From contig CP181291.1 of the NCBI GenBank assembly GCA_052279835.1, forward strand, positions 2,272,001 through 2,336,000: a stretch of DNA of 64,000 nucleotides, read 5' to 3'. Of this stretch, positions 32,984 to 41,818 are shown piece after piece. The position numbers were made by a program, and so were the translations under genes. Within the stretch, counting starts at the first letter, position 1, and each line of letters starts with the position of its first letter. The notes beneath the pieces were generated by a model. It searched no databases, had not been told where the DNA came from, and worked only from the letters and a program-made list of their open reading frames with translations. This DNA comes from Microcoleus sp. (GTDB lineage: Bacteria; Cyanobacteriota; Cyanobacteriia; Cyanobacteriales; Microcoleaceae).

Positions 32984-33104
32984 GCTTTGAGCGAAGATTC
33001 TCGGCTATGTATAATTTACCACAATTTGCGATTGCCTATCACTCTTCTCTCTAAATTCAAGAGCGATCACCCTTTCTTAACCGAGGTGCGATCGCAATTT
33101 CAAT

Positions 33105-33223
33105 TTATCCCCTGGATCGCACTTCGTCAACTTCGGCTTCTGCATCTTCCTTGGTAAAAATTACATCCTCATAAATAGCATCAATACCTGTGCGAAAATC
33201 TACGCTAGCCAAGTGAATTTCGC
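33105..33223 (-). pseudogene. C-terminal remnant of a Uma2-family endonuclease
   Basis: Reads SEIHLASVDFRTGIDAIYEDVIF...; no start codon, cut by the adjacent repeat. Confidence 0.55.
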
Positions 33224-33468
33224 TTTATATAATATCGTTTCTGGTTGGATCGGAATTATTTAACCGCAGAGAACACAGAGGACACAGAGGGAGAAAATAG
33301 AGATCTTAATAATTCAGATGAAGAGAGGATTTGATATAATAGAACGATAGAACCGCGAAGGGATAAATGCCTCTTCTTTTTTCTCTGACTTAGCGTCCGC
33401 GTGCCTCGCGGTTCATTTAATTTTACGCACTCTTAGCAGCAGATGAAAGGACTTCTGAGCCGATCGAT

Positions 33469-34293
33469 TTAAGCACTTTCTTCAATTAAATCCGCTTCCG
33501 CATCCCGCCTTCTGTTCATACCTCTGGCAATGGAAGTTCCCTCCCAAATTCGTTTCATTTGCCGGATTTGTTCCGCAATTCCGTTCACATCTTTTTTCGG
33601 TACTAAGTCCCGAATTGCGCGCATTTCCAGGCGACGATTTCCCTCCAAACTCGTGCCCCGATTAAACACCAAACTCACCAATCCCCCTTGAACATCTGCT
33701 GGTAATTCTTCAAAACCGGGAAATGTTTGTTTGGTAAAATTGTAAAATTTTGGCACTGTGACAGCATTAAAAACTTCCCAAGCTAATTCCCAAGAAATTA
33801 TGATATCTCGAACACTAGCTAAACGCTGCTGCGCTGCATCCTTTTTTAACCCGCAGCAATCACTCAAACGCTTCCGGTCAACATCCTCTAATTTATGCCA
33901 ATCTTGGTTAAAGACTTCTACACTGTTGTAACCTACATCATAACCGATGCCGATCGTAATTCCTGATTCTCCTTCGGGCCAAGTGGGGTGTTGCAAAAAT
34001 TTTTCGTAATATTCCTTTCCACCACCAATCTCGAATTCCAAAATTAGCTCGATCGCCCTGTATGATAAAAGTGACGACCCCAGCAATTCTCCAGGAAACA
34101 AAGCAGTCAGGGTTCGATCGCCCGCGATGCCATCTGCTACCAATCCTTGATTACTCTGAAATTCCTTCAGGGCTGCTTCAGTTTTTGGCCCAAATTTACC
34201 ATCGGCACGACTGGAATTTAACCCGAATTCTAACAACCGTTTTTGTAGTTTAACAACATCGGAACCTGATGCACCTAATTTGAGAATTTTCAC
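33469..34293 (-). CDS. Peptidoglycan-binding domain plus pesticin/lysozyme-like muramidase
   Basis: LKLGASGSDV..LQ..L, DGKFGPKTEAALKEFQ...L.ADGIAG; SGITIGIGYDVG, LVSLVFNRG and RRRDAEADL. GAAAGGAGG RBS with GTG start. Confidence 0.85.
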   Translation of the reverse strand: MKILKLGASGSDVVKLQKRLLEFGLNSSRADGKFGPKTEAALKEFQSNQGLVADGIAGDRTLTALFPGELLGSSLLSYRAIELILEFEIGGGKEYYEKFLQHPTWPEGESGITIGIGYDVGYNSVEVFNQDWHKLEDVDRKRLSDCCGLKKDAAQQRLASVRDIIISWELAWEVFNAVTVPKFYNFTKQTFPGFEELPADVQGGLVSLVFNRGTSLEGNRRLEMRAIRDLVPKKDVNGIAEQIRQMKRIWEGTSIARGMNRRRDAEADLIEESA

Positions 34294-34454
34294 AATCAGT
34301 TCCTCCTTTCTACATAGGGCTTATATTCTAATTTATCACATTTAGGACTTATGCAACCATCCAAGTTCTAGGGGCAACCGGGTGTGGGATTGCCCCTACA
34401 AAACGCTAGATTTAAATCTATAGCGTCAGTCTTGATAAACCTGGTTTTTTACAC

Positions 34455-35399
34455 TCACGCTGCGTGTTTCCGATACCATTCAATCGTATTTTTCAACCCT
34501 TCCTTAAACTCCGTCTGTGCGGTAAACCCAAAGGCTGTTTTTGCCCTTTCTGTATCCAAACAACGGCGTGGCTGACCATTCGGTTTATCTGTTTCCCAAA
34601 CAATTTTGCCTTTAAACTCCATCAATTCGCAAAGTAACTCAATCAACTCTCTAATTGGGATTTCATGATTCGTTCCCAAATTCACCGGTTCGGAGTCATT
34701 GTAATCCTGAGTTGCCATCACGATTCCCCGCGCGGCATCTGTGGAATACAAAAACTCGCGGGTAGGGCTACCGTCGCCCCACACTGGCAATGTTTTGTCT
34801 CCCCTTTCTTGGGCTTCGTGGACTTTCCGAATTAAGGCGGGGATGACGTGGGAACTTTTGGGGTCAAAGTTGTCTTCCGGGCCGTATAAGTTGACTGGTA
34901 GCAAGTAGATCCCGTTGAATCCATACTGCTGGCGATAGGATTGCAGTTGCACTAATAAGGCTTTTTTGGCAATTCCGTAAGGGGCGTTAGTTACCTCTGG
35001 ATAGCCGTTCCAGAGGTTTTCTTCTTTGAAAGGAACTGGAGTTAAGTTTGGATAAGCACAAATTGTGCCAACACAAACAAATTTTGTAACTCCGGCTTGG
35101 TAGGCTGCGTGAATTAGTTGCGCGCCCATCATCAAATTGTCGTAAAATAATTCAGCGGGTTTGAGTAGGTTTAAACCAATCCCACCAACGTGGGCTGCTA
35201 GGTGGATGATGATGTCTTGTTTGTCGGCGGCGCGTTGGCAGTTTTCCATGACGCGGAGGTCGCAATCGCGCGATCGCGTTACACTAATTTTATCAGCATC
35301 GGCTCCTGCTTTGACTAACTGGTCGATGACTTGACGGCCGAGGAAACCGGCGCCACCTGTGACTAAAATCTGTTTGTTAGTTAAATCTAAGCTGGTCAT
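34455..35399 (-). CDS. fcl: GDP-L-fucose synthase
   Basis: TGGAGFLG, LAAHVGGIG, YGIAKK, NLYGPEDNF and SSHVIPAL. Confidence 0.93.
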   Translation of the reverse strand: MTSLDLTNKQILVTGGAGFLGRQVIDQLVKAGADADKISVTRSRDCDLRVMENCQRAADKQDIIIHLAAHVGGIGLNLLKPAELFYDNLMMGAQLIHAAYQAGVTKFVCVGTICAYPNLTPVPFKEENLWNGYPEVTNAPYGIAKKALLVQLQSYRQQYGFNGIYLLPVNLYGPEDNFDPKSSHVIPALIRKVHEAQERGDKTLPVWGDGSPTREFLYSTDAARGIVMATQDYNDSEPVNLGTNHEIPIRELIELLCELMEFKGKIVWETDKPNGQPRRCLDTERAKTAFGFTAQTEFKEGLKNTIEWYRKHAA

Positions 35400-35714
35400 A
35401 ATTTTATCCTCTTTTTTGTATCAGGGTCGATCGACAATATCCAATATCAGCAAGATTAAACCCCCGCGCTGAAGCTTAACTACTCACAGAACAAACCAAT
35501 ATTAATCAGGTGTTTGTGGGTGGGGGCGGGTTTGTTTAACTGTCCTAGACGCAACCGTTATCAATAATATGGAACTTTAAGGTGCATCAGGTGAGTTTTT
35601 GAACAATTTTCAGGGGTTGTGGATAGTAGAGCACCCAATCTATTTGCACTATAAAAAAGCTGGCAAGTTTACCCGCCCCTACAGCTTTTTGAAAGAGTTC
35701 AGTAAATACAAAAA

Positions 35715-36746
35715 TTAATCAAATCCGTTCCCGGAACCTCGCCCTTGCTGCTCCAGAGCTTTAATGTCAGCATCTACCATTAAGTGTACTAATTGCTCAA
35801 AAGTTACAGAGGGTTCCCAATTTAACTGAGTGCGGGCTTTTGTCGAGTCGCCAATCAACAGTTCGACTTCGGCGGGACGTAGGTAGCGCTCATCAAACTC
35901 TACATAATCTTCCCAATTTAAGTTGGTGTAGGTGAAGGCTAAATGTAGGAATTCCTTAATGGAATGGGTCTCGTTGGTCGCAATGACATAATCATCTGGT
36001 TTTTCTTGTTGCAGCATCAGCCACATTGCTCGCACATAGTCTTTAGCATAGCCCCAGTCTCGCTTGGCATCGAGATTTCCTAGGTAAAGTTTTTTCTGTT
36101 TTCCTGCTAAAATTTTGGCGAGGGCGCGAGTAATTTTGCGAGTTACAAATGTTTCGCCACGGCGGGGAGATTCGTGGTTGAATAGGATGCCGTTGCAGGC
36201 AAAAAGACCGTAGGATTCGCGATAATTTACGGTTTGCCAGTGACCGTAAACTTTGGCGCAAGCGTAGGGGCTTCTGGGATAAAAAGGTGTTGTTTCTTTT
36301 TGGGGAACTTCCTGTACTAAGCCAAACATTTCCGAAGAACCTGCTTGATAAAAGCGCACTTCTATGCCTGTACGTCGCTGATAGTCTCGAACTGCTTCTA
36401 GGAGGCGCAATACGCCCATTCCTACCGCATCAACCGTATATTCTGGGGAGTCAAAGCTAACTCGAACGTGAGATTGAGCCCCTAGGTTATAAACTTCTAC
36501 TGGCTTGACTTCTTCTAATATCCGGCGCAGAGTGGTGCCGTCGGTTAAGTCTCCGTAGTGGAGAAACAACTTGGCGTCCTCGCTGTGAGGATCGACATAA
36601 ATATGGTCAATGCGATCGGTATTGAAACTAGAACTCCGCCGGATAATGCCGTGAACTTCATAGCCTTTTTCTAGCAATAACTCACTCAAATAAGAACCGT
36701 CTTGACCTGTGATACCGGTGATTAGGGCTCGCTTCCGTTGCGTCAT
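35715..36746 (-). CDS. gmd: GDP-mannose 4,6-dehydratase
   Basis: [28 protein letters not shown] and [16 protein letters not shown]. Confidence 0.97.
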   Translation of the reverse strand: MTQRKRALITGITGQDGSYLSELLLEKGYEVHGIIRRSSSFNTDRIDHIYVDPHSEDAKLFLHYGDLTDGTTLRRILEEVKPVEVYNLGAQSHVRVSFDSPEYTVDAVGMGVLRLLEAVRDYQRRTGIEVRFYQAGSSEMFGLVQEVPQKETTPFYPRSPYACAKVYGHWQTVNYRESYGLFACNGILFNHESPRRGETFVTRKITRALAKILAGKQKKLYLGNLDAKRDWGYAKDYVRAMWLMLQQEKPDDYVIATNETHSIKEFLHLAFTYTNLNWEDYVEFDERYLRPAEVELLIGDSTKARTQLNWEPSVTFEQLVHLMVDADIKALEQQGRGSGNGFD

Positions 36747-36957
36747 CTAAATTGTTCCTTGACAGATTGTAATTTTCATGGCAGGGGTGCAGTTGCCTGC
36801 CGATCGTTTTCTCAAGCTCTAGGTTAACTCACAATTATTCGATCGGTGTCAAAGCAGAGTTGAGATTTTGCAAAGACTTAGCCCGGGCAGTCAGTAGCAA
36901 ACATCAGTAGTTAGTAGCAAATTAGTAGTAACTACTGATGCTGACTGCGGACAAAAA

Positions 36958-37689
36958 TTAGTATGCGCCGTTATTTTTAGGAAAAATCACCACGCCAATT
37001 GTTTTGAAAACGATCCACATATCCATCCAAAGGTTTTTTTCATTTGCATAATAGAGGTCGATCTGGACTCTGCGGGGATAGGGAATGTCGTTCCGGCCGG
37101 AGACTTGCCATAGGCCTGTAATTCCAGGTCTGATGGTCAGAACTTTGTTGATGTAAGTGCCGTATCTAGGCAATTCCTCTTCAACTAAGGGTCTGGGCCC
37201 AACTACGCTCATATCTCCCTTCAAAACATTCCAAAATTGGGGAAATTCATCTAAACTGGTCGCTCTGAGAAACCTTCCGATACAGGTGATTCGAGGGTCT
37301 TGTTTCAGCTTGAAATTGTCCTCAAACTCTTGACGGAGATGCGGCGATTTTTCCATGATTTCCACCAAGATGTCGTCGGCATTTTCCACCATCGTTCTGA
37401 ATTTCAGGCAATAAAACATCTTGTGATTTTTGCCTACTCGTTCCTGTACATAAAAAATTGGCCCGGAGGAGCTTAAGGCAATCGAGAGAGCCAAAAGCAG
37501 GTAAACCGGAGCAAACAGGATCAGAACCGACAAGGAAAACATGATGTCAAATAACCGTTTGAAAAATTCTCCGTCGAGGCTTTGGAGAGAGCGACTTATG
37601 CGTCTGTCTCTAGACAAGACAGGCTGAAAACCGCGTCTCGCGATCGCTCGAATTACCTTGCCGGAGATTAGTTGGCTGTCGGCAGTCAT
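36958..37689 (-). CDS. Bacterial sugar transferase (priming phosphoglycosyltransferase, WcaJ/WbaP C-terminal type)
   Basis: KRLFDI, KFRTM, DPRIT, SLDEFPQF, VGPRP and PGITGLWQVSGR. Confidence 0.92.
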   Translation of the reverse strand: MTADSQLISGKVIRAIARRGFQPVLSRDRRISRSLQSLDGEFFKRLFDIMFSLSVLILFAPVYLLLALSIALSSSGPIFYVQERVGKNHKMFYCLKFRTMVENADDILVEIMEKSPHLRQEFEDNFKLKQDPRITCIGRFLRATSLDEFPQFWNVLKGDMSVVGPRPLVEEELPRYGTYINKVLTIRPGITGLWQVSGRNDIPYPRRVQIDLYYANEKNLWMDMWIVFKTIGVVIFPKNNGAY

Positions 37690-37940
37690 CTTACTCCTTC
37701 ACTTCACACCACACACAGTCCTGATCATAAAGCCTCAAGACGCTTTGTTCTGTGAATTATGTTTCTAATCCTCAATTTTCTGGGGGAGTGGGTAGTGGAC
37801 AGTGGCCAGTGGGTAGTGGGTAGTGCCCGGTTGGTGCTTGTCAGTGGGCGGTTTACGGTTGTTAGTGGGCCGAAAAAAAATTCTCCCCCTGTGGGAATAT
37901 CTCCCTCTCTCCCTCTGTGCATCTGGGACTCTCTCCCCCT

Positions 37941-39128
37941 TTAACTCCCCGACTGGGTAAATTCACGGGAGTGAAATTCCTGATAGCATTGTTCCACAAA
38001 GGCTAGATAGCGCTGCCGAAAGACTTCTGGGGCAAACTCCTCGGCGTGGAGTCGCCCTATTTCTGGCTGAAATTTGCCTTGCAACTGTTCAAACTCCTCC
38101 ACCGCTGCGACTAATGCGGAGGGGGTTTGGGAAGCAAAAAATAAACCTGTCCCTGTCTCTGGATGTTGGCGAATGTCGCGCACTGTCTCCAAGGCGCCAC
38201 CGGCTGCATAGGCAATTACTGGTGTTCCACAAGCTTGGGCTTCTACCAGGGCGATGCCAAAATCTTCGCAAGCTGCGTATACAAAGGCTTTGGCTTGGGC
38301 CATGTATTTTTCCACTACTTCTGCTGGTTGCCATCCGAGTATTTGCACGTTGGGTTTGGCGAGTTGTCGCATCATTTCTAATTCAGGCCCGGTGCCGATG
38401 ACAATGAGATGATGGCCCAGTTGATTGAATGCTTGGACGATCGCGCTGATGTTTTTGTAGCTTACCAATCGGCAAACAGTGACGTAAAAGTCTTGTTTTT
38501 GGGCTATTAAGGAAAATCGTTCGATATTGACTGGTGGATAAATCACCTCGGCGCGTCGCCGATAGCACCGCCAAATCCGGCGGGCTGTATGTTGGGAATT
38601 GGCGATGAAATAATCAACGCGATTGGCGGAAATGACTTCCCACTGCCGTAGTCGGTGTAGCAAATATCGCGTCAGCACCCCTGGGATGCCTCGTCCGGCT
38701 TTGCTACTGTCCAAATAGTCAAAAGTCATGTCCCAGGCGTAACGCATGGGTGTGTGGCAGTAACAGACGTGTAGTTGGCTGGGACTGCTGAGGATGCCTT
38801 TGGCGACGGCATGGGATGATGAGAGGATGATGTCATATTGACGCAAGTCTAGTTGTTCGATCGCGATCGGTAAAAAAGGCAAATATTTTTGGACACCTTT
38901 GCGGGCGAAAGGAAAGTGCTGCAAAAATGTTGTGCCAATCTGTCGCCGGAAAAGATAGCTTTCGGGATTTTCCGATTCAAAGTCAATCAGGGCATAGACA
39001 TCGGCTTCTACGTGTTTGAGGATTTCCTCTACTACTAATTCTGAACCGCCCGTGGCTAAGGGCGTTAACCATTCGTGAACTAGGGCATATTTAAGTTTTT
39101 CTAAAGCAGATTTCACTCTTGTCTCCAC
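37941..39128 (-). CDS. GT4-family glycosyltransferase
   Basis: LVHEWL..GGSE, YCHTPMRY and EDFGIALVEAQACGTPV. Confidence 0.92.
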   Translation of the reverse strand: METRVKSALEKLKYALVHEWLTPLATGGSELVVEEILKHVEADVYALIDFESENPESYLFRRQIGTTFLQHFPFARKGVQKYLPFLPIAIEQLDLRQYDIILSSSHAVAKGILSSPSQLHVCYCHTPMRYAWDMTFDYLDSSKAGRGIPGVLTRYLLHRLRQWEVISANRVDYFIANSQHTARRIWRCYRRRAEVIYPPVNIERFSLIAQKQDFYVTVCRLVSYKNISAIVQAFNQLGHHLIVIGTGPELEMMRQLAKPNVQILGWQPAEVVEKYMAQAKAFVYAACEDFGIALVEAQACGTPVIAYAAGGALETVRDIRQHPETGTGLFFASQTPSALVAAVEEFEQLQGKFQPEIGRLHAEEFAPEVFRQRYLAFVEQCYQEFHSREFTQSGS

Positions 39129-39413
39129 ACCAGTAACAATTTTTAGCTTGGATTGAGACTAGCAAAAAAAAACAATCCTTCTTGTCTGTAGTCGATCGAA
39201 CTATTTGTTTGCCCCAGTTCTGTCAATATCAATTTGACTCAGGTGAATGCCCGACTTACTGAAAGTAACAGTACAAAGCTGTTTTGGGCTCATTAGAGTG
39301 GTCTCTGGAGAAGATTGTTGAGAGTAAATACCATTAGGCTCAATGATGTATAGTATTTACGATCGCCTAAATCTTCAGGACTGGCGATCGATCCCATGTG
39401 GTGTGAGGTAACA

Positions 39414-41453
39414 ATGTCTAAAATTTTGTGGAAAGGACTCTTAGTCAGTCCCGCTGTACTAGCAGCAAGTTTGGTTGTATCTTCTGCTTCCCTAGCAGAG
39501 CAACCTCTGGAAATTGCAGCAACGACTCCAGTTAATAAATTGCAATTAGCAGGTGCGGCAACAGAGACAGCCAAGCCCGATACAGAAGCGTTAACGCCAG
39601 ATTCAGTCTCATTAGCTAACCCTCAGACTATTGAAACTATTGACAATACAAGTGCGATCGAGCAGATAGCCCCAGTAGCTCAACAGTCAAAAGAACCAGC
39701 CAACACAGTAGCAGCAGCAGATTTAATCACAACAGAGCCTGTCGCCGCAGCACCAGTCGCAGAACCCAACAGCACAGTCCTAGGGGCAAACACCAGCGAA
39801 GCCAAACCGGCCACCGACTCAACCAGGGCAGTTGCACCACAACCACAACCGGAGCAAATTTCCCAATCGACAGCTCCCAATGCGACATCTCCAGCATTGC
39901 CCAATGCCTTAGAGCAAATCAACCAATACAGCGCCGAAGGCACCGACAGTGAAAATGGGGCCGCTCAAGTCACCTCGGTTTCCCAACTTTCAGACGTGCG
40001 GCCTACAGATTGGGCATTCCAAGCATTGCAGTCCCTAGTAGAACGCTACGGTTGTATAGCTGGGTATCCCGACGGCACCTTCCGCGGCAACCGCGCCATG
40101 ACTCGCTACGAGTTTGCAGCCGGTTTAAACGCCTGTTTGGATAAAGTGAACGAACTGATTAGAGGCGGTAGCAAAGGTTTGGCTACCAAAGAAGATTTAG
40201 CTTCTGTGCAAAAATTGCAAGAAGAATTTGCTGCCGAATTAGCAACCTTGCGCGGCCGCGTCGATGCTTTGGAAGCACGGACTGCTGAATTAGAAGCCAA
40301 TCAGTTTTCGACTACGACTAAACTCAATGGCGAAGTCGTATTTGCTTTGACAGGCATCGCCAGAGGAGAAGACGCTAATGGTCGCGATGCTGATACAACA
40401 ACAGCTTTGGGGAGCAGGGTTCGTCTCAATTTCAACACGAGTTTCACCGGCAAAGATTTGCTCATAACTCGACTGCAAGTTTTAAATTTGGGTTCGTTTT
40501 CTACTAATAACACCAAAACCGCTGAAGGGGAATTGCGGTTTAATGCTGGGCCCTTCGGTACTGCTAGCAATAATGTAGCTTTAGATTGGTTACTTTACCA
40601 ATTCCCTCTAGGCAAAAGCACTACAGTATATCTAGAAGCCAATGCCGGCATTGCTAGCGATTTCACAAATACCGTCAACCCTTACTTTGATGGAGATGGC
40701 GGCAGTGGTGCTCTTTCTAATTTCGGCACTAGCAACCCGATTTACTATTTGATTAGCGGTAGTGGTATCGCCGTCAGACAACAATTAGGGGAAAAGCTTG
40801 AACTGAGTTTGGGATATTTGGCCGGAAATGCTGCTAATCCGACACGAGGAAATGGCCTATTCAACGGCTCCTACGGTGCATTGGCTCAGTTGACTTTTAA
40901 GCCTACAAGTAGCATGGCTTTAGGTTTGACTTACCTTAATTCCTACAACTTCGTCACTGGTACCGGCAGCAATGCTTCTAATTTTCCTGCCCGTCTCAGT
41001 TACTTCGGGCTAGATGACGGTACTGTTCCGGTTTCTAGCAATTCTTACGGCTTGCAGGCTTCCTGGAAGGTGAACCGTGGACTTGCGGTTGGCGGTTGGG
41101 CTGGTTACACCAATCAGCGCATTTTATCCAACTTGGCAACTCCTACCGGTTCTGTCCAGCGGGGAGACCAAAAAATCTGGAACTGGGCAGTTACTTTGGC
41201 TTTTCCCGATTTATTGAAAGAGGGAAATGTCGCTGGCTTTTTGGTAGGTATGGAACCGAGAGTGACGAGTTCCACTAATCGGACATTGCCCGAAGATAAG
41301 GATACTTCGTTGCACATTGAAGGTTTCTATCAGTTCAAGTTGAGTGACAATATTTCCATCACTCCTGGTTTAATTTGGCTGACTGCTCCCGACCACAATA
41401 ACAAGAATTCTGATTTGTTGATTGGGGTAGTTAGAACGACTTTCACTTTCTAG
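39414..41453 (+). CDS. Cyanobacterial outer-membrane porin (SLH plus OprB-like barrel; SomA/iron-uptake porin type)
   Basis: QVTSVSQLSDVRPTDWAFQALQSLVERYGCIAGYPD, NQFSTTTKLNGE and terminal RTTFTF. Confidence 0.95.
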   Translation: MSKILWKGLLVSPAVLAASLVVSSASLAEQPLEIAATTPVNKLQLAGAATETAKPDTEALTPDSVSLANPQTIETIDNTSAIEQIAPVAQQSKEPANTVAAADLITTEPVAAAPVAEPNSTVLGANTSEAKPATDSTRAVAPQPQPEQISQSTAPNATSPALPNALEQINQYSAEGTDSENGAAQVTSVSQLSDVRPTDWAFQALQSLVERYGCIAGYPDGTFRGNRAMTRYEFAAGLNACLDKVNELIRGGSKGLATKEDLASVQKLQEEFAAELATLRGRVDALEARTAELEANQFSTTTKLNGEVVFALTGIARGEDANGRDADTTTALGSRVRLNFNTSFTGKDLLITRLQVLNLGSFSTNNTKTAEGELRFNAGPFGTASNNVALDWLLYQFPLGKSTTVYLEANAGIASDFTNTVNPYFDGDGGSGALSNFGTSNPIYYLISGSGIAVRQQLGEKLELSLGYLAGNAANPTRGNGLFNGSYGALAQLTFKPTSSMALGLTYLNSYNFVTGTGSNASNFPARLSYFGLDDGTVPVSSNSYGLQASWKVNRGLAVGGWAGYTNQRILSNLATPTGSVQRGDQKIWNWAVTLAFPDLLKEGNVAGFLVGMEPRVTSSTNRTLPEDKDTSLHIEGFYQFKLSDNISITPGLIWLTAPDHNNKNSDLLIGVVRTTFTF

Positions 41454-41624
41454 GTTGTTTTTAACCGCAGATTAACGCAGATTCATGGTCTGCGTTAATC
41501 TGTACAGTGCTTTTTGGTCATTGGAACGAACCGCCAAGACTCTAGCCTTCTTCCTCCCTCTGCGTCCTCTGTGTTCTCTGCGGTTAAATCATTCCCCTGC
41601 AACGGTCAAAAATATTAAATACTC

Positions 41625-41755
41625 AACAAGAACGACCAGCTTTTTGTGAAAGCTGGTCTGCTAATTAATTAAGTCCGTTGTTCTCTCAAAGTGAGGAAAC
41701 CCAAACAGCGCGTTCCCTTGCAGCGGGTTCTTCAAAACATATCATCCTTCGAGAG
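41625..41755 (-). ncRNA. Candidate structured sRNA
   Basis: Own promoter TTGCAA-17-TAAAGT (41788..41760), nested stems, and a terminal hairpin GACCAGCTTT-N5-AAAGCTGGTC. Confidence 0.45.
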
Positions 41756-41818
41756 TGTTACTTTAGCAAGAAAATTTAATTTTTGCAATAAAACTTTACA
41801 TTTCCGGGCGGACTTAGA

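Noticed and set aside
33469..34293. Prophage
   Set aside because: No integrase, structural or replication genes accompany the lysozyme-like gene.
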